A program made the translations under genes and the position numbers. Shown here piece after piece: positions 7,328 through 15,188 of a stretch of DNA of 64,000 bases (its first letter is position 1; every line of letters begins with the position of its first letter). The notes under the pieces were generated by a model. The model was given only the letters and a program-made list of their open reading frames with translations, was not told the DNA's origin and made no database searches. The stretch is from positions 4,769-68,768 of the forward strand of contig CAYIBX010000003.1 in assembly GCA_964361785.1 (NCBI GenBank), written 5' to 3'. Origin of the DNA: an uncultured Gammaproteobacteria bacterium. GTDB taxonomy: Bacteria > Patescibacteriota > Microgenomatia > UBA10105 > UBA927.

Positions 7328-8869
7328 TCATGTAAACTGTTTATACTGCAACGCTTCGGCCATATGCACTGGAAGGATCGTTTCTTCTCCTTCAAGATCT
7401 GCTATTGTTCGAGAAACTTTGATAAGCCTCATATAACTTCTTGCCGAGAAGTCATACTTCTCTGCTGCTACTTTCAAAAAATTCTCAGCTTCCGGCGTGA
7501 GGTGACAATATTTCTTAATGTCGCGATTACGCATTTGAGAGTTGGTATATAATGTCGTTCCCTCAAAACGTTTTGTTTGAACAGATCGAGCTTTCACAAC
7601 CATGTGTTTTGCCTGCCGAGAGGTCAAGCTGTTTGCGTCATGCTCTTGTGTTACAGAAAGCTTCTCTACTTCTACAGGCGCCACCATGACTGTTAAATCA
7701 ATGCGATCAATAATCGGACCTGATAATCGATGTCTATATTTTGCGATCTGTTTTTGCGTGCAGGTACACGCTCTTCGTGGATGCCCCAAGTAGCCGCATG
7801 GGCATGGGTTAATAGCTGCAATCAGTGTAAAACTTGCGGGATATTTTACATGCCCCATCACCCGAACAATTTCTACTACCCCATCTTCCATGGGTTGCCG
7901 TATTCCCTCTAAAACACTTCGCGAAAATTCCGGCATCTCATCCAAAAATAATACGCCAAGATGCGCTAAACTCACTTCCCCAGGCTGTGGACTAGACCCT
8001 CCTCCAATAAGACCGGCAGCCGATACACCATGATGAGGACTGCGAAATGGCCGTTTCGAAATAATTGGGGTGCCTGGAGATAGAAGCCCAGAAACCGAAT
8101 AAATACGCGTCACTTCCAAGGCTTCTTGTGGCTCAAGAGGAGGAAGAATTCCTGGTAAAGCTCGAGCCAACATTGTTTTGCCGGTACCAGGTGGCCCCCA
8201 CATCAATAAATTATGCCCACCGGCCGCTGCAATTATAAGCGCCCGCTTAGCCTGCTCTTGACCTGCAATATCTTTCAAATCACTTTCAGTATTTTCATAT
8301 TCATCAACTGTATGAATTATTTCGTGAACAAGGGGTGTTATAACCCGTGTTCCAAAAATGTGTTCTGCAAGATCAGTGAGTGTCCCAACAGGATAAACAT
8401 CGACACCCTCTACCATCGTCGCTTCACCTGCCGACAATTTAGGTACAAACATCGCGGAATTTTTCAAATTTTTTGCATACAGTGCCAAAAGAAGAATGCC
8501 TCTGGTTGGCCGAAGAGTACCATCAAGAGAAAGTTCACCATAAAAAAATACGTGTGCACCAAAAAACTCTTTTTTCAATTCAAGCTGCCCGCTAGCTGCC
8601 AATACGCCGATTGCAATCGGCAAATCGTACGCTGCCCCATCTTTTGGAAGATCAGCAGGAGCCAAATTTACCGTAATTTTTTTTGGTGGAAAATCAAAAC
8701 CAGAATTAATTATTGCAGTTTTTACCCGCTCACGCGCTTCTTCTACAGCCTTGCTTGCCAAGCCTACAATCGTAAACCCAGGAAATCCTTGGCTTGCTAC
8801 ATCGACCTCTACATCAATCGGAACCGTCTCAAGGCCAATCGTTGCAATAGAACTAATTTTAACCAACAT
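7328..8869 (-). CDS. comM: ComM/YifB Mg-chelatase-like AAA+ ATPase
   Basis: ITVNLAPADLPKDG, GPPGTGKT, RPFRSPHH, GEVSLAH.GVLFLDE, NPCPCG; start probably ATG 8869. Confidence 0.95.
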   Translation of the reverse strand: MLVKISSIATIGLETVPIDVEVDVASQGFPGFTIVGLASKAVEEARERVKTAIINSGFDFPPKKITVNLAPADLPKDGAAYDLPIAIGVLAASGQLELKKEFFGAHVFFYGELSLDGTLRPTRGILLLALYAKNLKNSAMFVPKLSAGEATMVEGVDVYPVGTLTDLAEHIFGTRVITPLVHEIIHTVDEYENTESDLKDIAGQEQAKRALIIAAAGGHNLLMWGPPGTGKTMLARALPGILPPLEPQEALEVTRIYSVSGLLSPGTPIISKRPFRSPHHGVSAAGLIGGGSSPQPGEVSLAHLGVLFLDEMPEFSRSVLEGIRQPMEDGVVEIVRVMGHVKYPASFTLIAAINPCPCGYLGHPRRACTCTQKQIAKYRHRLSGPIIDRIDLTVMVAPVEVEKLSVTQEHDANSLTSRQAKHMVVKARSVQTKRFEGTTLYTNSQMRNRDIKKYCHLTPEAENFLKVAAEKYDFSARSYMRLIKVSRTIADLEGEETILPVHMAEALQYKQFT

Positions 8870-9668
8870 AATATTTTCCTCCCCGTTCTGTAATTTGACC
8901 AGTAATTGACAACAAGGACAACTGAGCACCGATGTCAGACACTGGTTTTCCTAATTTTCTTGACAATTCACTTGCGGTAAAGGCTTCAGTTTGAAGTAAA
9001 GAAATAAGTGGATCATCTGATTTTTGCATCGGCTTTGGATGATCCCCCAACCACATTGTTGCATGCCCATCTTTTATCAACTGATTTGTGCCACTTGATA
9101 AACGATTTGTAATTTCCCCAGGCACCGCCCATACAGTTCGCTTTAATTTACGGCCAAGATTTGCAGTAATGAGCGATCCGCTTTTTTCAGCCGCCTCTAC
9201 CACAATAATATCAGTAGAGAGCGCTGCTACAATACGATTTCTCACAGGAAACGTCCAGAGGGTTGGTTGTTGATGTTCCCACTCGCTTATAATTAATCCT
9301 CCTGAGGAGATGATAGATTCAGCAAGCTTTCTATCTTCATCTTCTAATTCTTTTGAAATCCCCCACCCTAAGATTGCAATTGTTTTCCCTCCGTTTTCAA
9401 TACAAATCTTATGTGCGTATTGATCAGCGCCATACATAAATCCAGAAATGATTGTTTTATTCTCAAAAACAAGCTTTGGAATTATTTTTTCGATCACGCG
9501 CTTTCCGTATTCGGTAATTCGTCGGCTACCAATAACCGCTACACAGTTAGTAAAAAGTCTTGAATGGAGCTCGCCTTGATAAAAGATGTGTTTTGGAGGG
9601 TTAGGAAGATCTAAAAGACCAGAAAACTCTGGCACAGTTTTCCAATCGGACAGACATTGGTACTGCAT
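8859..9668 (-). CDS. dprA: DNA-processing protein DprA
   Basis: VAVIGSR, ISGFMYGAD, FPVRNRIVAALS, VVEAAEKSGSLITA, GTNQLI. Confidence 0.93.
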   Translation of the reverse strand: MQYQCLSDWKTVPEFSGLLDLPNPPKHIFYQGELHSRLFTNCVAVIGSRRITEYGKRVIEKIIPKLVFENKTIISGFMYGADQYAHKICIENGGKTIAILGWGISKELEDEDRKLAESIISSGGLIISEWEHQQPTLWTFPVRNRIVAALSTDIIVVEAAEKSGSLITANLGRKLKRTVWAVPGEITNRLSSGTNQLIKDGHATMWLGDHPKPMQKSDDPLISLLQTEAFTASELSRKLGKPVSDIGAQLSLLSITGQITERGGKYYVG

Positions 9669-9688
9669 GCGCTAAGTGTAGCATATTG

Positions 9689-10357
9689 TTAAGGCTGTAT
9701 GCTTTTGAGCATTTGTTCCGCTTGCACATGAAAGTATCGAACGATATCATCTGATTTAATTGATCCGATAATTTTCGGCCACGTGATAATAGTACTCGCG
9801 TTCGATAAACTATAGGAAAACATAAAAGGTTCAAGTCCCATATCCTTCTTTTTTGCGCGTTCAAAAAGTGCATCAAATGTCCATGAACTATTGTGAAGTA
9901 TGAAGTAAAGATCTATAAAATCCTTAGGTTCGAGTCTTCCAAAAATTGCATTAATTTTATTAGCACCAATATTCTCTAAGTTATCTACGCGTATACCATC
10001 AACAATGGCAATCTCGCCAAAATGAACCGGCTGTTCTCGAACAATATCAATTCGTTGACTCACTCCATCAGGAAAATCCAAGTATATTTCCTTGTATGTT
10101 TGTGTAGAAATTTTTTCAGCGTACGATGCGTCATTATTTAATGCAATTGATTGTATGAATTCTCGTATACGATCCATATCAAAAAATTCTGAAGAAAAAA
10201 AATCAAAATCCTTACTCTGCCTGTGCCCAAAGTAAAACGCTGAAAGGGCAGTCCCTCCCGTTAAAAAAAATGATTGGGTAAGAGGTGAAGAAAAAAACTC
10301 TGCAAGTATCTTTTTTTGAACATCAGTAAGTAGTCGAGCTGTGGAAAGATTATACAT
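9689..10357 (-). CDS. AbiEii-family nucleotidyltransferase toxin (type IV TA)
   Basis: FFLTGGTALSAFYFGHRQSKDFDFF, NKINAIFGR..KDFIDLY. Confidence 0.85.
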   Translation of the reverse strand: MYNLSTARLLTDVQKKILAEFFSSPLTQSFFLTGGTALSAFYFGHRQSKDFDFFSSEFFDMDRIREFIQSIALNNDASYAEKISTQTYKEIYLDFPDGVSQRIDIVREQPVHFGEIAIVDGIRVDNLENIGANKINAIFGRLEPKDFIDLYFILHNSSWTFDALFERAKKKDMGLEPFMFSYSLSNASTIITWPKIIGSIKSDDIVRYFHVQAEQMLKSIQP

Positions 10358-10613
10358 AGTACCCCCACGTAGTAAGAGCAAATTTCCATGCCCCAATCAT
10401 TTCTTTTCGCATTCGAAGTTTTGAAAATTCCGATACGATGTCCGCAACCGTAAGATATTTCCATACATCATCATATCTGACATGTGATAATATACGAGCC
10501 ATCATCCATTGCCGTTCGACTGGATTATCCCCCGCCAAAATACGCCGAACATCATCTTCCGTCAGGTCATAATCCCAGAGAAAATACGGACGTTTCAAGG
10601 CTACCTGTGTCAT
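10350..10613 (-). CDS. Probable antitoxin partner of AbiEii toxin
   Basis: Small ORF with YFLWDYD...MARIL motif overlapping the toxin start. Confidence 0.65.
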   Translation of the reverse strand: MTQVALKRPYFLWDYDLTEDDVRRILAGDNPVERQWMMARILSHVRYDDVWKYLTVADIVSEFSKLRMRKEMIGAWKFALTTWGYYV

Positions 10614-10637
10614 AAATATATTGTACCACGGAAACAT

Positions 10638-11486
10638 TCACTTATTTAAAGACGGAGGCGGAGATTCTTGTCTTTTGCTTTCAATCACGGATACTGCGAT
10701 ATCCTTTACTTGCCGCGTCGCTTCATCAAGCTGCTTTTTAAGCTGTATGATTTCACTCGCCTGCGACTTATTCATCACTTCAAACGATTCTATCTTTAAC
10801 TCCGCTAAACGTATATCATTTTCTGCTTGCTGTTTAACTTGAGAAAGAACTACATCAAAATCTTTTTTTGCTTCTGCAAGCGCCTTACTCACAGCCTCTT
10901 TCACCGCCTTCTCTATGTCTGTCGGTGACGCCGCTACCTTTTTGCGAAGATCAGATAGTTCCGTATGCAGCTTCTCTTGCATTCCCCGCTCATCTTCTTT
11001 AATGTCAGTATCTCGTTTTTTTTGCAATTGTTTCTCATATCGATATTCTTCCTCTTCCCGACTCCTTATGCGCGTAATTTCCTCCGCATGCTCTTTTTCT
11101 TCTTCTGCCCACGTTTTTTCTTTTACTTTCTGCGTTTCAAGTAAACGATACAGCAATCCGGCGGTCACTTTAATCTTCTGAGTTTCTTCAAGTTCCCTTT
11201 TCGCAATAACGATTGCTTTCTGAATAGTTGCAAGTGTTTCTGCTTCCTGTGTGAGTCGATCAGTGAGTTCGTTAGCTGATTGTGTAAATGAGGATTTAAG
11301 TTTAGAAAGTTCAGAAGAAATTTTCTCTACGGTTTGTGAAGACGCAGCGGTTACCACAGCTTTTTCTTCTTGATATTCCAAAGAAGGCGTCACACCAGAA
11401 GATGCCTCCGCCAAAAGATCCTGATACGCTGCAAAAATTTCATTTTTTGTATTCTTTTCACTCACTGATTTCGTACTTCGTGGCAT
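10638..11486 (-). CDS. Coiled-coil hypothetical protein
   Basis: 282 aa, E/K-rich heptads, REEEEYRYE motif. Confidence 0.75.
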   Translation of the reverse strand: MPRSTKSVSEKNTKNEIFAAYQDLLAEASSGVTPSLEYQEEKAVVTAASSQTVEKISSELSKLKSSFTQSANELTDRLTQEAETLATIQKAIVIAKRELEETQKIKVTAGLLYRLLETQKVKEKTWAEEEKEHAEEITRIRSREEEEYRYEKQLQKKRDTDIKEDERGMQEKLHTELSDLRKKVAASPTDIEKAVKEAVSKALAEAKKDFDVVLSQVKQQAENDIRLAELKIESFEVMNKSQASEIIQLKKQLDEATRQVKDIAVSVIESKRQESPPPSLNK

Positions 11487-11660
11487 AGTGAGGGTATTGT
11501 AGTGGGATAAATAGAAAAATGCAAATTATCTATGGCTCGTTATTTATGTACTCCAGCTTTCTTTGCGAGTAGATCATACCTCTCTCTCTCTGGAAATCAA
11601 GGACCGGATTGACAAACTCATATTCTCGTTATAATATTGTTATAACAAAAAGGAGTAAAT

Positions 11661-11900
11661 ATGTTACAAACAATTATTAAAGTTGGAAATTCCGCAGCAG
11701 TGTTAATACCAAAATCCGTTTTATTAACAGAAGGCCTTAAAATTGGTTCCACAGTTAACTTCACCGTTGAATCACCAAAAAAAACGGCAAAAACAATCGT
11801 TGATAAAGAAGTCTATGCAGTAGCAACCGACCTTCTCAACCGGTATCTTCCTGCATTCAAGAAGCTCGCTAAACCACATGATCAAATATCTCTCAACTGA
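11661..11900 (+). CDS. AbrB/MazE-type antitoxin
   Basis: IIKVGNSAAVLIPK; SD AGGAG; TTGTTATAACAA palindrome upstream. Confidence 0.85.
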   Translation: MLQTIIKVGNSAAVLIPKSVLLTEGLKIGSTVNFTVESPKKTAKTIVDKEVYAVATDLLNRYLPAFKKLAKPHDQISLN

Positions 11901-12264
11901 AGATGTTCTTCTTCTTCACCATCTCTTGATAGAAAAAAGTGGTGGATCACACGGCCTTCGTGATGCAGGACTTCTGGATGCTGCGATTCACCGACCACAA
12001 GCTACCTTTGCTAGTCAAGATTTATACCCTACGCTTTTTGATAAAGTTGGTGCACTATGTCATTCGCTTATCAAAAATCATGCGTTTGTCGATGGAAACA
12101 AGCGCACATCACTCCTTTCTGCGATGACGATGCTCGAACTCAATGGTTATATATTTAAAAGCGAGCAAAAAGAACTTGTTTTATTTGGACTCAAAATTGA
12201 CAACGATCGTTTATCGGCCGAAACTATCGCTATATGGTTCAAAAACCATTGCACAAAAATATAA
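11878..12264 (+). CDS. doc: Doc/Fic-family toxin
   Basis: HAFVDGNKRT Fic motif; overlaps antitoxin. Confidence 0.92.
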   Translation: MIKYLSTEDVLLLHHLLIEKSGGSHGLRDAGLLDAAIHRPQATFASQDLYPTLFDKVGALCHSLIKNHAFVDGNKRTSLLSAMTMLELNGYIFKSEQKELVLFGLKIDNDRLSAETIAIWFKNHCTKI

Positions 12265-12288
12265 TCACAATTTCGTTATACTATACAC

Positions 12289-12576
12289 ATGAGCCTCAAC
12301 AAACTTTTCATCTACTCTCGTAAGCTTCACCGCTGGAGTCTTCTCTTTGTCGTGGTATTGGGGCTTATCCAAATGACTACTGGGTTGCCCATGAGATACC
12401 CAATATTCTTTTCGTTCTTAGATCGGGGAAGTGTTCGCCTCCTCCATTTTCAAACTGCTACCTATTTTTCCATTGCCTTTGGCATCCAAATGCTTACTGG
12501 CATCATCATGTACCTTACTCCATGGATGCTAAAGACATTTCATAAACCTCAAAATCCAACAAGCCTTCCAAATTAA
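12289..12576 (+). CDS. Small membrane protein (PepSY-TM/cytochrome b-like)
   Basis: RKLHRW + TM, LLHF + TM. Confidence 0.6.
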   Translation: MSLNKLFIYSRKLHRWSLLFVVVLGLIQMTTGLPMRYPIFFSFLDRGSVRLLHFQTATYFSIAFGIQMLTGIIMYLTPWMLKTFHKPQNPTSLPN

Positions 12577-12627
12577 CTTTGCTTAGCTTCATCAAAACTG
12601 ATATACTACACAAGTACTTTTACGTAT

Positions 12628-12909
12628 CGCGGGGTAGTGTAAAGTTGCACAGGAGGCTCAAATTGGGCCCACCAAGAAGCAATTCTTTGTGAGAATTTGG
12701 CTATATCGGTGGAATCCCGCTTCGCGGGACAATACCGAGGGAAGGCCGCCAATCATTATTGTGTTTTTAATGAAGGCGTGCCCCCGTAGAGACTACACGC
12801 CGAACTCCTACCAATGTGGCAGGATGATGATATAGTCCGACACTCTCAAGTAATTGGAGATAACAGATTGCATAATCTCCTAGGCTAGGTGCGATTCCTA
12901 GCCCCGCAA
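12628..12909 (+). tRNA. tRNA-Met(CAT), initiator-type, split by a group I intron (exons 12628-12658 and 12871-12909)
   Basis: Spliced: CGCGGGG TA GTGT AAAGTT GCAC A GGAGG CT|CATAA TCTCC TAGG CTAGG TGCGATT CCTAG CCCCGCA A; C1:A72 mismatch. Confidence 0.88.
12659..12870 (+). ncRNA. Group I self-splicing intron, 212 nt, no ORF
   Basis: 5' site after U33 with P1 GGCUCA/UGGGCC (U.G wobble); terminal G; core-like motifs TATATCGGTGGAA, AATACCGAG, GTAGAGACTACACG, GATATAGTCC. Confidence 0.88.
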
Positions 12910-12916
12910 CAAAATT

Positions 12917-12946
12917 AAAAAAGATCCTCACATGAGGATCTTTTTT
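12917..12946. terminator. Bidirectional intrinsic terminator
   Basis: AAAAAAGATCCTCA CA TGAGGATCTTTTTT. Confidence 0.85.
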
Positions 12947-12980
12947 GGTATCGAAACAAATAATGCTACACTAATTTTGT

Positions 12981-13553
12981 ATGGCAGCTCCTCGATCGAA
13001 AATTAAGTCTTCCAAATATGCTATTTGGCTTCTTTCATTTCTTGTAGTAAACATCCTCGCTTTAGACGTAGTTATTCTGGGAAAACTCCTCCAGAATGGT
13101 ACAGTGCTTGGGACGACCACAAATGATACATGTCCCATCGCCTGTATCAATCGGATAAATCAAGCGACGGGAAAAACAGTGACCAATAGCGCCAAAGAGT
13201 ATTATGTACCACTGGGTACTGGCACAAACGTAACTGATGACTGGACTGATGTTTCAGGGGCTAGCGCGTACATTGATACGAGTGCGTACAACAAAATTAA
13301 AGAAGTACGATTTGAAGCAACAGTCGTTACACCTGCAGGGAGTCAACGCATATGGGTGCGTCTGTATAATGCCACAGACAAGCATCCCGTATGGTATTCA
13401 GACGTCACCACCGACGCATCCGGTCCACAACTGCTTACCTCACCGAATATTACTCTTGACAAAGGAAACAAGCTCTACCAAGTACAAATGAAGTCACAAC
13501 TTAAAGTCCTCACCAACCTCAATCAATCTCGCATTCACATAACCACACAGTAA
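12981..13553 (+). CDS. Hypothetical membrane-anchored secreted protein
   Basis: N-terminal TM, CPIAC motif, beta-rich C-terminus. Confidence 0.7.
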   Translation: MAAPRSKIKSSKYAIWLLSFLVVNILALDVVILGKLLQNGTVLGTTTNDTCPIACINRINQATGKTVTNSAKEYYVPLGTGTNVTDDWTDVSGASAYIDTSAYNKIKEVRFEATVVTPAGSQRIWVRLYNATDKHPVWYSDVTTDASGPQLLTSPNITLDKGNKLYQVQMKSQLKVLTNLNQSRIHITTQ

Positions 13554-13559
13554 ACGCCA

Positions 13560-13588
13560 TTGCCATTAAGGCCCATTTTTCGTAAAAT
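13560..13588 (+). promoter_or_regulatory. Sigma70 promoter for tRNA locus
   Basis: TTGCCA-17 nt-TAAAAT. Confidence 0.65.
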
Positions 13589-13597
13589 GAAGCCAAA

Positions 13598-13694
13598 GCC
13601 AGTGTAGCCCTGCCCGCAGTCGCTAAAGCGACAGCTTTTGCAGGCGGGTCAGTGGTAGTCGCCTCGTCGGCGACCCGCCGAAGAGGCGGGAGCA
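13598..13694 (+). pseudogene. tRNA 5' fragment interrupted by two hairpin insertions
   Basis: GCCAGTGTAGC[40 nt]TCAGTGGTAG[32 nt]AGCA reconstitutes GCCAGTGTAGCTCAGTGGTAGAGCA. Confidence 0.6.
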
Positions 13695-13699
13695 AATTT

Positions 13700-13771
13700 G
13701 TCAGGGTAGCTCAGTGGTAGAGCACCAGTATCATAAACTGGTCGTCGAGAGTTCGATCCTCTCTCCTGACA
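13700..13771 (+). tRNA. tRNA with CAT anticodon (elongator Met, Ile2 not excluded)
   Basis: GTCAGGG TA GCTC AGTGGTA GAGC A CCAGT ATCATAA ACTGG TCGTC GAGAG TTCGATC CTCTC TCCTGAC A. Confidence 0.88.
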
Positions 13772-13775
13772 CACA

Positions 13776-14114
13776 CTAAAAAAACAACCCCCACCACTGT
13801 TGCCAATGTGTGCGCTCTTCACGTTCTTCTTTTTTACTTCCTCCCTTTGCTTCATCTGGAAGTAAGACTATTGATTCACCGTCCTTCACCATCCCTAGTT
13901 TATCTCTAGCTATTTTTTCCACGTATGCATTGCTCTGTATCGACTCAAGCTGTTTTTGTAGGGTCTCATTTTCCTTTTTCACTTTTTCAACCGCTTCCTT
14001 TCGTTCAGTCACGGTGTATTTACGCGCACGAAGATCGATGATTGTGGCCACCGCCCGCACGCTCAATATAATACTAAGAAGTATGACTATGCCTCCAATC
14101 CAAGGATTTTTCAT
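13776..14114 (-). CDS. Septum formation initiator (FtsB/DivIC family)
   Basis: TM + coiled coil + YVEKIARDKLGMVKDGE. Confidence 0.85.
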   Translation of the reverse strand: MKNPWIGGIVILLSIILSVRAVATIIDLRARKYTVTERKEAVEKVKKENETLQKQLESIQSNAYVEKIARDKLGMVKDGESIVLLPDEAKGGSKKEEREERTHWQQWWGLFF

Positions 14115-14211
14115 CGTACACCCCTCTCTTGCACAAGAGTCTCAATAATGATATTATAGGCTTCTGGTTCGAGCCCTAAGCTCTTGTCGCTTGCTTGTAA
14201 CCTCAAATAGT

Positions 14212-15084
14212 ATGACTAATGATTTCAAAGGAGCACATACACAATTTATCGAACATCTTCAGAGTCGCAGACGCGCTCATGCTACTATCGTAGCATATAG
14301 TAAAGACATCGAGCAGTTGGTGAGCTTTCTTTCTGACACTGGCAAAAAAGATGTAGCCGCAATATCACGTGAAGAACTCGAGGCGTTTTTAAAAAAACTA
14401 GCAGCCGATAATTATACCCCAAAGTCCATCTCACGAAAAATTAACTCCATGAAGACCTTCTACCGATTCTTAAAAACGACAGGGGTCGTCGCTGTCGATC
14501 CCGCAGGAGACATAGAACATCCCAAATACGAAGTGAAGCCTCCACGAATTCTTTCTAAGCTTGAGTATCGCGCACTTCGTGATTCTTGTCGCGGAGATGT
14601 GCGCACCTATGCAATTGTTGAGTTATTTTTGCAAACGGGTATCCGCATCGGAGAGCTAGCAAACCTCATGTTACAAGACGTAAAAGATGTTGACCTTCAT
14701 ATTGCCCCAGAAGAGGGCCATGAAGAGCGCACGGTGCCACTAAACAAAGCAGCCAAAGAAGCGGTCAACAGTTGGCTTCTTGCCAGAGGCAATCCGCCAG
14801 CTGGCGCGAGTAAATCAACCGCTCTTTTTATCACCAAAACAGGTCGTCCACTTCTTATCCGAAATATTCGCACGGCCATTGACCGATTCTTTAAAATTGC
14901 AGGCATTGAAGATGCCAAAGTAAATGACCTTCGCCATACGTTTATTGCTCACCACCTTATGTCAGGAACACCAATCACTACCATTAGTAAGTTGGTCGGA
15001 CACAAACGTCTCTCAACCACAGAAAAGTACCTTGAATTTATTAAAGACAAGCACATCGAACACGTAAAATTAGAAGAACTTTAA
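14212..15084 (+). CDS. Tyrosine recombinase, XerC/XerD-like
   Basis: SAM-like N-domain (TIVAYSKD, SISRKINS), TGIRIGEL, NDLRHTF, LVGH, TTEKY. Confidence 0.85.
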   Translation: MTNDFKGAHTQFIEHLQSRRRAHATIVAYSKDIEQLVSFLSDTGKKDVAAISREELEAFLKKLAADNYTPKSISRKINSMKTFYRFLKTTGVVAVDPAGDIEHPKYEVKPPRILSKLEYRALRDSCRGDVRTYAIVELFLQTGIRIGELANLMLQDVKDVDLHIAPEEGHEERTVPLNKAAKEAVNSWLLARGNPPAGASKSTALFITKTGRPLLIRNIRTAIDRFFKIAGIEDAKVNDLRHTFIAHHLMSGTPITTISKLVGHKRLSTTEKYLEFIKDKHIEHVKLEEL

Positions 15085-15188
15085 GTATGTCTTTGTTTAA
15101 TGATGGTGAACCCATTGCTCACGAAGTGACGGAAAAAAACGGAATTCAATAATTTGCTCAATTTACAATCTTCTCTTACAATAGCTTC

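Noticed and set aside
8213-8893. 226-aa plus-strand ORF and other long antisense ORFs (37443-38006, 45564-46154, 25398-25901)
   Set aside because: Lie wholly opposite well-supported genes and have no motifs
14212-15084. Tyrosine recombinase near tRNAs as an island integrase
   Set aside because: Xer-sized, flanked by ftsB-like and valS housekeeping genes; no duplicated tRNA 3' end or cargo seen
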